This document shows positions 1 through 13,629 of a DNA stretch of 64,000 bases, piece by piece; within the stretch, counting starts at the first letter, position 1, and every line of letters starts with the position of its first letter. This DNA is from Eledone cirrhosa. Lineage: Eukaryota. The notes under the pieces were generated by a model that did not search any database, was not told where the DNA came from, and saw only the letters and a program-made list of their open reading frames with translations. The translations under genes and the position numbers were made by a program. The DNA lies in contig OZ024740.1 of NCBI GenBank assembly GCA_964016885.1, forward strand, positions 394,258,001 through 394,322,000, given 5' to 3'.

Positions 1-132
1 CACATATATACATAATACACTCACACAAACACACACACACACACACACATACATACATACGTAAATACATACATACATAAATACATACATACATACACAC
101 ACACTCATACACACACACACATACATATACAT

Positions 133-750
133 GACGGCTGCCCCCTCGTTATCGAGTATGGCCATTGCACGATATAACATTATTAATAATTATTAATTAA
201 TTCTATCGTGAATGCCTGTGCGTGAAGATATTTTTTAAAGTGAGGAAAGACTGTGCACTGAGCCAATCCCACTCTCTGAGCGACAGTAGCTATAACCCGA
301 AAAGAAGAAAAGATCAATATCATCGGTAACTACTGAGCCGCAGGTTTTATATCGGAGTTATCCCAGTTTCCTGATTTGCCTTCTCCTAGAAGAATGCCCT
401 GACAAAGGCTAGGGGTCCTTCACTCCCAGTGGTTTAACCGCACGATCGGGTGTCCAGCCCGACTATTTCTATGTCTCCGCGCATATACATACACATGCAC
501 CCATGTATATACACATATACATGCATATGTACATGTGTATATACATATTTACACACTTTCGCATGGCCGTTGACTGTTATGTGTTCTTCCGCCCTTTGTC
601 AGGTTTTATAGTTTGTCCTGCAGGGTGTCCCAAATCACCCTCCTCACCAAGTAAACTTGGTGGGGTTGCCGGTTTAGTCGTCGACGACCCGACCATGCGA
701 CAGGTTGTACTGGGTTACATGTTACCAGTAGCACTCAAGAGTGACCCGAC
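133..750 (+). mobile_element. Interspersed repeat (LINE 5'UTR/SINE-like), related to 22230-22608 and 45437-45725
   Basis: Shares the motifs GGCTGCC..CTCGTT.TCGAGTA.GGCCA and AAAAGAAGAA..A..TCAA.ATCAT.GG...GCAGG..TTATATC.GAGTT...CCTTCTCCTAGAA with the other two copies. It is interrupted by a (CATA)-like microsatellite. Confidence 0.5.
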
Positions 751-849
751 ATACATACATACATACATACACACACACATACATTCTATGAATTTCCATC
801 TGAAAGTGCCATAGCATTGGTATTGTCCTTGAAGACATGATAACTAAGT

Positions 850-1360
850 AAACGTCTTAACCCCATGAGGAATCCCATAAGGAATCAATAGAGATTTTGC
901 TTATCTATTTAGTCAGTACTGCGAAAATTGAGACATTCGTCTTCTCAAGGAAGCCTGTGCAGTGCTCAGTGAATGGAGTTCCACTAGAGCAGGTGGAGAA
1001 GTTCAAGTATCTTGGAGACATTTTCACAAAATGATGGCAGACAGAAGGCTGAATCAAGTGCAAGAATTGCAGATGAAGCAGTAATGCACCAGCTTCAACA
1101 TTCGGTAGTCAGAGAAGGGGGTAGGTGTAAAAGCCAAACTCACTATCTTCAATCCGGCCAATCGTGTCAACACTTATCTATGGTCATGAATCTTGGGTAA
1201 TAGCCGAAAGAATCCTATCGCGAATAGAAGCGGCCGAAGTGTGGTTCCTTTGAAGGGTCTTTGAAGTAATGTTACTCGATAGAGTGTGTAGCTTGAAGAT
1301 CAGAGAGTCACTATAGGTAGAGCCGCGACTTCTTCGAAGTGAGAGATCACAGCTCCGAGG
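850..1360 (+). pseudogene. RTE-like LINE reverse transcriptase C-terminal fragment (frameshifted)
   Basis: Piecewise translation gives GVPLEQVEKFKYLG..., AVMHQLQHSVV..., TLIYGHESWVIAERILSRIEAAEVWFL. These are typical RTE-clade post-RT motifs. It is followed by (GAA)n. Confidence 0.75.
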
Positions 1361-1418
1361 AGAAGAAGAAGAAGAAGAAGAAGAAGAAGAAGAAGAAGAA
1401 GAAGAAGAAGAAGAAGAA
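1360..1418 (+). repeat. (GAA)n microsatellite
   Basis: Direct sequence. Confidence 0.95.
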
Positions 1419-3206
1419 GGGATATAATAATCGCTATTTTGTTTCTCATTAAGATCATTTCGAGATGTGGAGGGCGTAGAACAGTTTTTTAAAAAAAATT
1501 CCGAAATATACACAAGGAATTATAGTTATATGAACGACTTTTGTCAAAATGGTATGTAATTTGATAATCATATAGACGTTTTTGTTTGTTTTTTTATCTG
1601 ATTTTTATGTGCAGCTATTGTTTCGTTAGTTCACCATAGTAGTAAAATTTAGTACACAATTTCTTATGCAACCAACTTCAGAAGGCTTTTTTATAATTCT
1701 AAAAATAGATCTGGAAAACAACTACCTATTTTTCACGGCAGCTGCAAATATTCGCTAATTTACACACATTTGAAAAATATTTTGACACGTTATAGTCTTC
1801 ACATTTGTGAAAGTAAAGAAGGACACAGACAAATCGCTTTGCTGAGATTTTTAGTTGACAATTTACATAGTATTAACATTTTTAAGGTGAAGTTTGTTCC
1901 AAATATCACTGGTTGAAAATAAATGCACTAAATTTCTTAATACCTGGAATTCACACCGAAGGATACTTTTCAAATATGGGTCATGGCATTACTACACCGA
2001 TTACTTTCCCAACTGAGGTTCAGTAAATCTACCTTTTCGAAATATCTTGAAAATGTTTAAAATTCTATTTGAATATTTCGTTTCGCATAAATTCCGAATC
2101 ATTATATACTAAAGTGTTTTGATGCTGCCTAGTATCCTGGTAGTTACGAAAGTTTAGCGGGTAAATTACTTAACAAAATATGATAAATCTTCTTTAATAC
2201 GTAACTCTCTGAAACTTGAGAAATAAAAATGAGAAGACATTAAATGACATCACGTATAGGATGAACTGATGGTATATAGAGTGAAGGTTATGTCCAGAAT
2301 AAATTATTTATGTTCGAAACGTATTGAATAAGTTTCGTATAACTGAATTTATCAGTGTCTATCAAATTATGAGATTCTTCAAGAAAATATAAAAGTCAGT
2401 GGCTGAGAAGAGGATTTATTCAACGGTATGGATATCAAAGGTCTCAGTAAAAACTTTTCTGTAATATAATACTAGATTAAATAATGGATGAATGGCGGTA
2501 GAAGAAACGAAATCAATAAAATTTTACTCCTTCAAAATAAGAAATACAATATTACTGCATTAAATATGAATACTGAGTAATGATAATAATAATTGGCTCT
2601 CACACAGTCTTCAGGTCTGAGATCTACAGATAGAAAATAGGAATGTTACCACTAATATACATTTACCAGTGGCATTATCTTTCAAGCATCTACTGTATTA
2701 TACCACAGTCAAATCGATATTTTTATTCGGTGTTGGCATTCATGCTATATTTCTTATCCTATATAGACTTATCCACATGTCTCTCACAGTAATCCGATGA
2801 CTTATCACGTTCGAATTTTCCTCAGTAACTAGCTTTTATTCAAACGAAAGCCGAGCTTATCCAACACAACTAGTGTATTACAGTGAATAACTCATTAGCT
2901 TACTCGAAATGTAGTCGTCGTTTTATCATAGCGAAACATGTCATAATTTCTCAAGAACCTGCAGCGTTATCTCCTCGGAACCTCTGTAGGAAATTATTGC
3001 CCGACCTCAAAGAAAATAGCAGTTTAGTTTTACAAACACCTACTTTCATATTCTAATGAAATACGACGATTTGTATTGCAGAAAGTTTCAGCCGGAAGTT
3101 GTGATGATATGCCCGAATATTTACAAGCGCATAATAATCGTGAGTTAAAACCGATTGCAGGTGCTTCACTTTGTCAGAACAATTTATATAGATGTCGAAG
3201 GCAGAT

Positions 3207-4933
3207 ATCGCTATAGAATAGAATACGTCACGTATTACAATTTGAGATTCTCGATAAAAGCAAGGGAAGTAATCTCAAATTGTAATACGTGACGTATTCT
3301 ATTCTATAGCGATTGGGTCTTCAAAATGTTTATTATAAACATACAGAATATTTTCGAATATTCTATGTTTGTCTTCACATATATATCGCTATTTCAGAGC
3401 ATTAAATCCAAATTCTAATTTCTGCCGGACCGACAACCGCTCTTTCAAACCAGTTCCTGTACACAGCTAAGTATTCTATAAGTCTCTAGCTGTGTCGTTC
3501 TCGATAAAAGCATTGGATATGTAATCCTGATGATTTCTAATAAGAATGAAACGCGTAGGTTACTTCCCTTGCTTTTATCGAGAATCTCAAATTGTAATAC
3601 GTGACGTATTCTATTCTATAGCGATTGGGTCTTCAAAATGTTTATTATAAACATACAGAATATTTTCGAATATTCTATGTTTGTCTTCACATATATATCG
3701 CTATTTCAGAGCATTAAATCCAAATTCTAATTTCTGCCGGACCGGCTACCGCTCTTTCAAACCAGTTCCTGTACACAGCTAAGTATTCTATAAGTCTCTA
3801 GCTGTGTCGTTCTCGATAAAAGCATTGGATATGTAATCCTGATGATTTCTAATAAGAATGAAACGCGTAGGTTACTTCCCTTGCTTTTATCGAGAATCTC
3901 AAATTGTAATACGTGATGTATTCTATTCTATAGCGATTGGGTCTTCAAAATGTTTATTATAAACATACAGAATATTTTCGAATATTCTATGTTTGTCTTC
4001 ACATATATATCGCTATTTCAGAGCATTAAATCCAAATTCTAATTTCTGCCGGACCGGCTACCGCTCTTTCAAACCAGTTCCTGTACACAGCTAAGTATTC
4101 TATAAGTCTCTAGCTGTGTCGTTCTCGATAAAAGCATTGGATATGTAATCCTGATGATTTCTAATAAGAATGAAACGCGTAGGTTACTTCCCTTGCTTTT
4201 ATCGAGAATCTCAAATTGTAATACGTGACGTATTCTATTCTATAGCGATTGGGTCTTCAAAATGTTTATTATAAACATACAGAATATTTTCGAATATTCT
4301 ATGTTTGTCTTCACATATATATCGCTATTTCAGAGCATTAAATCCAAATTCTAATTTCTGCCGGACTGGCTACCGCTCTTTCAAACCAGTTCCTGTACAC
4401 AGCTAAGTATTCTATAAGTCTCTAGCTGTGTCGTTCTCGATAAAAGCATTGGATATGTAATCCTGATGATTTCTAATAAGAATGAAACGCGTAGGTTACT
4501 TCCCTTGCTTTTATCGAGAATCTCAAATTGCAATACGTGACGTATTCTATTCTATAGCGATTGGGTCTTCAAAATGTTTATTATAAACATACAGAATATT
4601 TTCGAATATTCTATGTTTGTCTTCACATATATATCGCTATTTCAGAGCATTAAATCCAAATTCTAATTTCTGCCGGACCGACAACCGCTCTTTCAAACCA
4701 GTTCCTGTACACAGCTAAGTATTCTATAAGTCTCTAGCTGTGTCGTTCTCGATAAAAGCATTGGATATGTAATCCTGATGATTTCTAATAAGAATGAAAC
4801 GCGTAGGTTACTTCCCTTGCTTTTATCGAGAATCTCAAATTGTAATACGTGACGTATTCTATTCTATAGCGATTGGGTCTTCAAAATGTTTATTATAAAC
4901 ATACAGAATATTTTCGAATATTCTATGTTTGTC

Positions 4934-4937
<4 letters not shown>
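3207..4937 (+). mobile_element. 312-bp hammerhead-bearing tandem array (~5.3 units) with a short inverted 5' arm (3207-3272); retrozyme/Penelope-like non-autonomous element
   Basis: GTAATCCTGATGA recurs at 3521, 3833, 4145, 4457 and 4769 (period 312). 3207-3272 is the reverse complement of part of the unit. The right end runs into (TA)n. Confidence 0.85.
3521..3563 (+). ncRNA. Minimal type I hammerhead ribozyme (also at 3833, 4145, 4457, 4769)
   Basis: GTAATC-CTGATGA-TTTCT AATA AGAAT-GAAA-CGCG-TA-GGTTAC. Stem I is GUAAUC/GGUUAC with one G-U pair, stem II is UUCU/AGAA, stem III is palindromic, and the cleavage triplet is GUA. Confidence 0.85.
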
Positions 4938-4966
<29 letters not shown>

Positions 4967-4968
<2 letters not shown>

Positions 4969-5505
4969 ATGTATAGAATTGTATCTTGGGTCCTGGATCA
5001 TGAACTCTGGGAAGGATTTTGCCACCAGAAACGTCCAAGCACAGTCGGCTTGCAACAAGATTGATCTAGTTTGGCGCTCAAATCTTTCCAACCACAACAA
5101 ATTCAGACTCTTCCAAGTATCAATTCAACCAATCTTGGAAGTGAAATATGGACGCTTTCATCAAAACAACAAAAGCGCCTTGGTGTCACCTACACTCGCC
5201 TACTTCGACGCATTCAGAATATAAGCTGGTGACATCTAATTTTGAAAGAAATATATGCCGGCCTCCCTCGCATATCCGTCGTTGTACGTAAAAGGAGAGT
5301 AAGATTTGCTGGCCACTGCCATCGTGCCACCTCTGAGGCTGTGTATCATTTGTGCAGTCACTAATGACAGGGGACGCAAGCTCTCCTATCCTGATGGCAT
5401 CTCCAGAGATTCTGGTATTGCAATCCAGGACTTGGCAAAGGCAATGGACGACAGACCCACGTGGAGATCAATTGTTGAGTCAATTACGGCTGGGGTCACC
5501 GGATG

Positions 5506-5584
<79 letters not shown>

Positions 5585-5603
5585 TTACTACTACTACTAC
5601 TAC
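4967..5603 (+). pseudogene. 5'-truncated RTE-like LINE 3' end with (TAC)n tail
   Basis: YLGSWIMNSGKDF...SACNKIDLVWRSNLSNHNKFRLFQVSIQPIL and RFAGHCHR...AMDDRPTWR, followed by (TAC)n at 5506-5603. Confidence 0.75.
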
Positions 5604-5769
5604 ATTATATTTTAATATTATTACTATTTGTTCGACAAGTATCTACATCATAATCCTCATAATCACCATGGCTGCCAACATAGGGACCACAAGCACGATC
5701 ATGATCTTCGCAACTACTACCCCAACTCCCACCAATATCATCAATGCATTGGGGTAATTGCTGGTCTTG

Positions 5770-6160
5770 TGCCAAGAGTAGAAACAACCATTACTATCAT
5801 CATTACCACCATCGTCATATTCACCACCACTAACACTAACACCAACATCACCACTAACACCACCACTAACACCAACATTATCATCAACATCACCATCACC
5901 ACCGAAACCGCTACAACTTTTATTACTCACATCGGGCCAGCACCCACCCCCCCCCCCCCACCACCACCACTACTACCACCATCACCCAAACACCAACACA
6001 AACACCACCACGACCACACCACCACCACTACCACCAACACCAACACTAACAACAACAACACCACCAATACCATCACCAATAAGCCCACCAACACCCCAAC
6101 TCCACCACCACCACCACCAACAACAACACTACCACCACCACCACCACCACCACCACCAAG
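5770..6160 (+). repeat. (CAC/CAA)n low-complexity trinucleotide region
   Basis: Direct sequence. Confidence 0.85.
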
Positions 6161-6355
6161 AATTTTCTAGTTGTTCGAACAACAAAATAGCCTTCTCGAG
6201 AAATTAACGTGCAAGTGACAGAGCATTCCACATGATGCACAACGTTAACGTAGTTCTCAGGAAGATTCGGCACACGAGACAGTGAATGATAAGGCCATAT
6301 CAAACATCCATTTTTACTATAATTATTTCCATAACCACCACCATCACTAACCAAG

Positions 6356-6546
6356 AATTGTTTCTACTTTTGGCACAAGGCCAGCAATTATCCCAGTGTA
6401 TTACTGGTACTTTATTTTATAGACCCCGTAAAGATGAAAGGCAAAGTTAACCTCGGCGGGATTTGAATTCAGATCATAAAGGGCCGTAACTCTTTGTTGC
6501 AAAGCATGGCGTCAGACCCTCTACCGATACTGTCAACCCACCGCCG
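6356..6546 (-). mobile_element. tRNA-derived SINE, family A (Deu/Nin-like GCCTTTCATCC..GGGGTCGATAAA core)
   Basis: Reverse complement of the copies at 8443 and 62055. Confidence 0.8.
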
Positions 6547-8442
6547 TTCATAACTTCATTGCTGCCTCCCTCGACTTCCTACCTCCAGCGTAGCTACAAC
6601 CCCATTCCTACTTCCCTTCTTACAATAAATCCACCCTGCCACCGCTGCCATCACCTCCACCACCACCACCACCACCACCACCCTGCCACCACCACCACCA
6701 CCCTGCCACCACCACCACCACCCTTCCCCCCTGCCACCCCTACCACCACCACCACCATGACCATCTTTCTACAATTCATTATGCAACTTAGGCTTTAGGG
6801 TCGATAAAATAAAGTACCAGTAATACACTGGGATAATTCCTGGCCTTGTTCCAAAAGTAGAAACAGTTCTGTAAGTTAGGCTTTCGCTTGACATTAGCAG
6901 TATAGTTAATGACGTGTTAGCAATGTTTCACATTTTTCTTTCTGACCTTAGAATAACTTTATTCGCTCCCTTTGTCTCTTTCTTCTCTCTCGCATCTTTC
7001 TTTCTTTCTCTCTCTCTCGCACCTCTCTCTCTCCTTCTCTCTCTCCTACTCTCTCTCTCTCTCGCACCTCTCTCTCTCCTACTCTCTCTCTCTTTCGCAC
7101 CTCTCTTTCTCCCCCCTCCCACTCTCTCCCTTTCTCCCTCTCTCTCCCTCTCTCTCTCCTTCTCTCTCTCTCCTACTCTCTCTCTCTCTCTCTGTATCTC
7201 TCTCCCTCACACATCTCTTTCTCCTTCTCTCTCAATATATATACATATATATATATATATACACACGCACACATATACATACATACATACATATACACAC
7301 ACACACAAACATATATATATATGTGTGTGTGTATAATCCTGTCTTCATCTCTTCATCCCTCTCTCACTCTCACAATCCCTCTCTCTCTCTCTTTATTGCT
7401 CTCCCTATCTATATATCCTAATGTATCTTATCCCCCTCCCACCTCAACAATATTTAATATCCTTTCCTGAGTCTAGCCTCCCCACCTTCATTCATTAATA
7501 TCATTTTTCTCTTTTACCACACTAATCCTTTTTTATATTTTTTATTTTACATTTATTTTTATTTTATTATATTTTATCTTCATTTAAATCCATTTTTATT
7601 TCCTCACTGGTCCCCCTATTCCATATCCTTGTTTACACCTTCCTCCACTATATTACCAAATCACTCTCATCATCTGTCTCTCCTCTCTGTCCCTCGCTGT
7701 ACTTCATTATATTTTCTTCTGTGCTCTTGTATCGTTCATTTTCTACTCAACATAATTCATTTTTCTTTTTTCATTCTCCTCCCACCTCGTCCCACTTTTA
7801 TTCACTGGCCCATTTTATGCATTTCTCTTGTCCTCTCGTCAACACTTTCTATTCGTCATTGCTTCATTCCCAACTTCACTTATTTTAATATCAAGTCATT
7901 TCTACCAAATAGATCCGTGCTCTGGAACAAACGAATAAACCATAGCGTTTTCGGTTGCCTTGTTAAAAATTTACAGTTGATACACCCACAAACCACACTC
8001 TACTATCTTTCAATGTCATAATATTCCCCTTTCTTCTTCAGATCTCATTTCTAATACCTAATTCGCAACCTCACATATTATTTTAGCATTTCTAATCAAA
8101 TACCTTTCCAGTCACCATATTTATCTAGGTTTCTTGAACTTACCCCTCCTCACTATTAAGTATTGTATTAGTTCACAATACTTCACCTTTCTACTTTTAT
8201 TCACGAGTTGTATACATCCTTTTTCCTTTTCGTACATTTTCTACGCTATCCAATCCTGACGCCATCTAACCACATTCTAACCCCAAGTTCTATTTTTAAC
8301 ATAGTTTTTACATCACGATATTTATGCGGTAAACCTTTCTGCCCTTTCCTCTGTTTTTTCTTCATTTTTCGAAGAAGGGTTTCGTTTGTAACTTCGTCAA
8401 TAACACTTTTCACTTCTCTTGAGCATGATGCTGAAAACTTTC

Positions 8443-8770
8443 GTGGATTGGCAGTATCGGTAGAAAGTCGGACGCCATGCTTTGCACCAAAGAGTTACGG
8501 CCGTTTATGATCTGAGTTCAAATCCCGCCGAGGTTAACTTTGCCTTTCATCCTTACGGGGTCGATAAAATAAAGTACCAGTAATGCACTGGGATAATTGC
8601 TGGCTTTGTGGCAAAAGTAGAAACAATTATTATCTTATCCTCTTTTTAGCGTCTGAGTTCAAATCCCGCCGAGGTTAACTTTGCCTTTCATCCTTATGGG
8701 ATCGATAAAATAAAGTAGCAGTAATACACTGGGTAATTGCTGGCCTTGTGCCAAAAGTAGAAGCAATTAT
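8443..8770 (+). mobile_element. SINE family A, full copy plus tandem 5'-truncated copy
   Basis: A-box-like TGGCAGTATCGG, B-box GAGTTCAAATCC, core GCCTTTCATCCTTACGGGGTCGATAAAATAAAGTACCAG and 3' end GTGCCAAAAGTAGAAACAATT. Confidence 0.85.
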
Positions 8771-8783
8771 ATATACAGTGTGG

Positions 8784-8837
<54 letters not shown>

Positions 8838-9034
8838 AATTAAAATAAATATGAAGCGTTATAGATGGCGATGTGCTTGACCCTATACAAGTTTATTTTC
8901 TTCAATCTCCAGGAGTTCCTTACTCAATATCCTTAACAATTATTTATAATGACCGACTATTATCATTGTTTTTTGTGTTGGGACGCACGCATTTCAAACT
9001 TCAGATTTTACCTATTTCTTAAACATTTGTTTAG

Positions 9035-9190
9035 GCGCCGAATTGGCAGAGACGTTAAGACGTCGGACAGAATGCTTTACGGTATTCGTCCCATCACATT
9101 GCACATTCTGACTTTAAATCCCGCCGTGGTCGACCTTACCTTTCATCCTTGAAGGTCGATAAAAAAAGTACCAGTCCAGTATTGGGATCG
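9035..9190 (+). mobile_element. Diverged SINE family A copy
   Basis: TTGGCAGAG..GTCGGAC...TTTAAATCCCGCCG.GGTCGACC..CCTTTCATCCTT..GGTCGATAAA. Confidence 0.65.
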
Positions 9191-9368
9191 ATTCTTCCTT
9201 AATAAAAAAATTACAGACTTGGAGAGGGTTGGGCTGCGCCAGGTTTAAAAGTGCCCTAGACACGCCGTATGTCGGTGCCTCTACGACTCCACAAGAATCT
9301 TTATTTTATCCTGACAATTTGTTTACATTTCTAGCTCCATGGCTAAAATCTTCGTATAGGTGACCAGC

Positions 9369-9441
9369 GGCTCTTTAGAGTAGTGGTTAACGCGCTCGCC
9401 CGGCATCTGAGAGAAGCGGGACTTGATTCCTGTAGGCGCGT
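9369..9441 (+). pseudogene. tRNA-like remnant (tRNA pseudogene or SINE head)
   Basis: A-box TAGAGTAGTGGTTAA and degenerate B-box GACTTGATTCC with tRNA spacing. The acceptor stem does not pair well. Confidence 0.4.
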
Positions 9442-10763
9442 CAGACAACGTTTTTTTCATTTGCAGGGTATTTTACTCGATCTTAGTAACTATTATTTAA
9501 ATTGATCGACTAATATTATGGTCGTTTGCGATGAGACGCCAGCATTTTGATTTAAAAAATATTTATTGTTTTGTGTAATATAAAGTATGAAACCCAAAAT
9601 AATAGAAAAAGGGCATGCACACAGATTGATTACATCACATGTATATCAGGATCAGCTTGGTCTCTAAGATTGACAGAGCGTTCGTAGCATGTAAGGTTTT
9701 TATTGTATATAAGATGTTCATGGTATGCAGGGTCAGAAAGTTCATCAGGTTCAACATGTTTGCTATCATCTAAGTTTAAGCTTATTTGCACATCAAAGAC
9801 AGAGGATGTGGAGGGATGTGGATTACCACTGCTGGAATGATGCTTGGAAGGATTATTAAGAGCTTTCTTTAACCACCTTTGTACCGCAGCTTGCTTCCGA
9901 TACTTAGGTTTCTTCCTGGTTAATTTTGTTTTAGTTATTTAAAGAGACACATATTCTTGTTCTGTTATAAATAGCCAAGAACTGTTTCCCTATCTTTGGA
10001 AAGCTTACTCGTAAAGAGAACTTCCTCAATTTCTTGGTAACGAGCTTTTGAGGGATGCGATGCCAAAGCTGGACAGATATATTCAGGGAGTAGGTTTTCT
10101 GATGCTAGTAATTCATACACAATCTTTGTCGCAGCTTCCGTCTCAGCACCAGGCATTTCGCTACATACATGTTTTCACTTAACTAAGTGTAGCCACCGTA
10201 GCGAATATTCAAAGTTGTATTCTCACTTCAATTCAATATGTTTAGCCTGCTCCACAAGAAATAGTTAATCCTTCGATACGTCGTAGGTTAAATCACTTTA
10301 TAATTACTTCTAGCACCTGTCAATGTTGTTGGAAACTAAACACATCTGACTTTAGATGATTCGATCCCGTTGATATCACACAGGTTTTACAGACGTTCTT
10401 TTTAACTATTTTCTTCTACAACACCATCTCTATAAAACTAGATATTGATTTATATTTATCCTAACGTCATTATTTGCATATGGTAGTCACTTGACCTCCT
10501 GAAAAGATAAAATACAGCTAAATATCAGAAATGAGCAGGATTGTATCATCAAAATAGTTTGCTGCATAAACAAACTTTAGTGGCTTAATACTAACAGCAT
10601 CATAATAGTGACATGTCAGCAAATAAAAGGCGGTAGATTCAAAACGTGCCAGATTTAATAAGCTTTCTAAGCTTTGAGATTACTGAATGTTTTGATCTAA
10701 TACTGCTTTAAGAATACATTCATACTGTATTTTAAGAGATGTCAATAATACACACACACACAC

Positions 10764-10821
<58 letters not shown>

Positions 10822-11076
10822 ACACATACACACACTCACATACACACACACATACACACACTCACATACACACAAACACGCACACAGACACACAGGCACA
10901 CACACAGAGGCACACACACACACAGACACACCCATACACACATATATGTAGTTCAAGGAGACAACAAACAGAGACGCACAAAAAGTCTTATTAGTTTCAC
11001 GCTTTATATTGGAAAGAGGAAAGAAAGTTTAACGTGTCGGGCTTAAGCCCTTTTTAAGCCCGACACGTTAAACTTT

Positions 11077-11128
<52 letters not shown>

Positions 11129-11360
11129 TACATGAACATTTTAAAATCAAACACGCAAGCTATGGAATGCGTTCAATGTTCTCTCATATCTCCACCAATC
11201 TATTTACAAGTAAACATATATAACATTTCAAAAACAAGTTATCAGGGAGTTGAGTAGATTGAAATTTTCAACGCAGAAAATAACTGCAGCCGCAGTCGAT
11301 TACTATAAATAATATCTTAGAAAACCAAGTAAAATAGACGGGAAAAAGTAGCCGGTATCG

Positions 11361-11395
<35 letters not shown>

Positions 11396-12399
11396 TGTAC
11401 AATGCTCAGTATTATATATAATATAATATATATATCAATATAATATATATAATGCTCAGTATTTATACTTTGAGTTTGTTAATTACAGGGTATTAATATG
11501 AGTTTTTAACTCTGCCTTTTATTTAAATTTCGGCTCCCTAACTTGGTGAGCTTATAAGTTGGGTGGATTTAGGCTATTATTTCTAGCCGATCCACTCACG
11601 CCACTTTGGTCGTTTTGCGCACGAGGTGAAATATTCACTCGTGTTGCTTTTAGTTTTAGGTGTTTGTCACATTTGATCTTATCTCTTGCTTATGATGCCT
11701 ACGGATTATCTGTTACAAACAGACAATCTCAGGGTGAAACAGATTAAATCTCTAATCTGTCCGGAAGATGAATAGTTATTGAAACGGTCAGTACATTTTA
11801 CTCTTTATCCTGTATTTTCCGTTTGCTTAAGATTAAACCTGTCAAACCAACGTGATAACTCAACCCTGGTAATTTTGAACACAATTTACTGTGTTTATTA
11901 CTACATATATATATTGTGTGTGTGTGTGTGTGTGTTTGGTGGTAACCTAACCTTTTTCTTTGCTTTTGGATATTTCTTTAAGTTTTTAAGATATACAAAC
12001 AACGATAAACGTCATTGTTTATTGTATTGATATATAACCATTTTCCCTAAATTTGATTCTTGAATTATTCACAATATCTTGCATCCCGCTGTTGGCTATA
12101 TATTGACAGATTGTAGAAAATATATATATTTAGTAACGAAAATAAAAACCAAGCTGTTTACTTGTAAATAGATTGGTGGAGACAAGAGAGGACATTGAAC
12201 GCATTGCATGGCTTATATGATTGTTTCACAGAGCCATGTTTCTGCTGTCATTGCCTGGTTATTATAATTTTTAAACAGCAGTCAGATAACATTGATTCTG
12301 ATAAGTGTTCGCAAACAACAGTAATTTCAAAGTTAATTAGTTGAAGAATATATTAGTAGATAAGATCGAATATTTATTGTTCTATCGATAAAGTAGCAG

Positions 12400-12700
12400 A
12401 ACCAACAAGAAAGTACAAGCAGTGTCATCGCAACGGCGTTCCAGAGTAGAGAGTGCTCACGGAACCAGATCTGCCAACCTCTAAAAACCGAAATGGCGAG
12501 TACCATGAAAAAAAGTGCCTCAAAACGGTGAGAAATGAGGCAAAATGAAAGAGTTATATCCATTTTCACAAGAGAAGACATCTCTCATCCATCCCAAATT
12601 GGGGGATCTTCCCGTCCGACGGGGAGAGTTGACAGGGCTACTAAACTAAGGGCACAAACTCATATTACCTGCTGGCTTGCCAACAGTACTGGCTAAAGAA
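12400..12700 (+). mobile_element. Interspersed repeat (MITE-like), second copy at ~49240-49460
   Basis: Shared AGA.CTGCCAACCT.TAAAAACC...AAAAGTGCC...GAGAAATGAGGC.AAATG...TTTTCACAAGAGAAGACAT. Confidence 0.6.
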
Positions 12701-12769
12701 AGAGAGAGGCGGAGAGAGAGACAAAGATGGGAGGCAAAATACAGGTTGACGAAGAAGTTATACTGACCG

Positions 12770-12838
<69 letters not shown>

Positions 12839-13629
12839 AAGAGAGCGAGAGAAAGGGAAAGAGAGCGAGAAAAGGTAAAAGTGAGGGACCTGCTCGTGGA
12901 AGATTTCAGCGTTCCCTGTACAGAAAATATAGAACGTTATATGGATACATAATCATGCAAATATACAGACACACGTAATTGTCGGCAAAACGGAGATTTC
13001 ATAATTCAGAATATTTCTGTTATATTTTTATTAGTTATTATATTATCCTGTTATTGCTAGTGTATATGGTTATGGAACGAAATCTCAGACATAATCTATA
13101 AATAAACAAGGTTATCGTAAGACAATTAAACTGGGAACGAAATCGAAGACATAATCTATTATAGAAATAATAGTACTCTGATGACTATTCAGTGATAATC
13201 TAGTGAATGTAAACGAGAATAATCTATTATAGCAATGATATATTAGTTCTGATATTTGTAAAACACTTCTCTGCGAAAACATATTTCAAATCAAGTGTGA
13301 TGTATGTGTTACTGATATATATTTTTAAGAATCCATAATTTAGTGGTGTAGCTACTGCACATCATTCTCTGCGACTGTTGTTTCAAACCAACTTATATGC
13401 ACTGTTATGTGATGCGAAACTAAGGATGTAGTAAAACTTAACTAGATTTGTTAGTGCTACTAGGCAATCGTCCGTGTATCATAATAATATTATAGGGATT
13501 ACGTATCCGATTACCTTCCTTTGTTAAGATTGCTTAAATTGTTTAATATATACTTAGTTCTTTAACATATTGTCAATAATTTCAATAACATAGCCTCAAT
13601 AGAAGTAAACCAGTATTTTCTCATGGAAA

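Noticed and set aside
1440-2600. Decayed hAT-like transposase
   Set aside because: Only faint motif hints, with no ORF or TIRs I can support.
5503-7421. Thr/Pro/His/Ser-Leu-rich ORFs (mucin- or extensin-like)
   Set aside because: These are translations of microsatellites.
9965-10156. 63-aa ORF as a host exon
   Set aside because: No recognisable domain or supported splice context. It is probably decayed transposon sequence.
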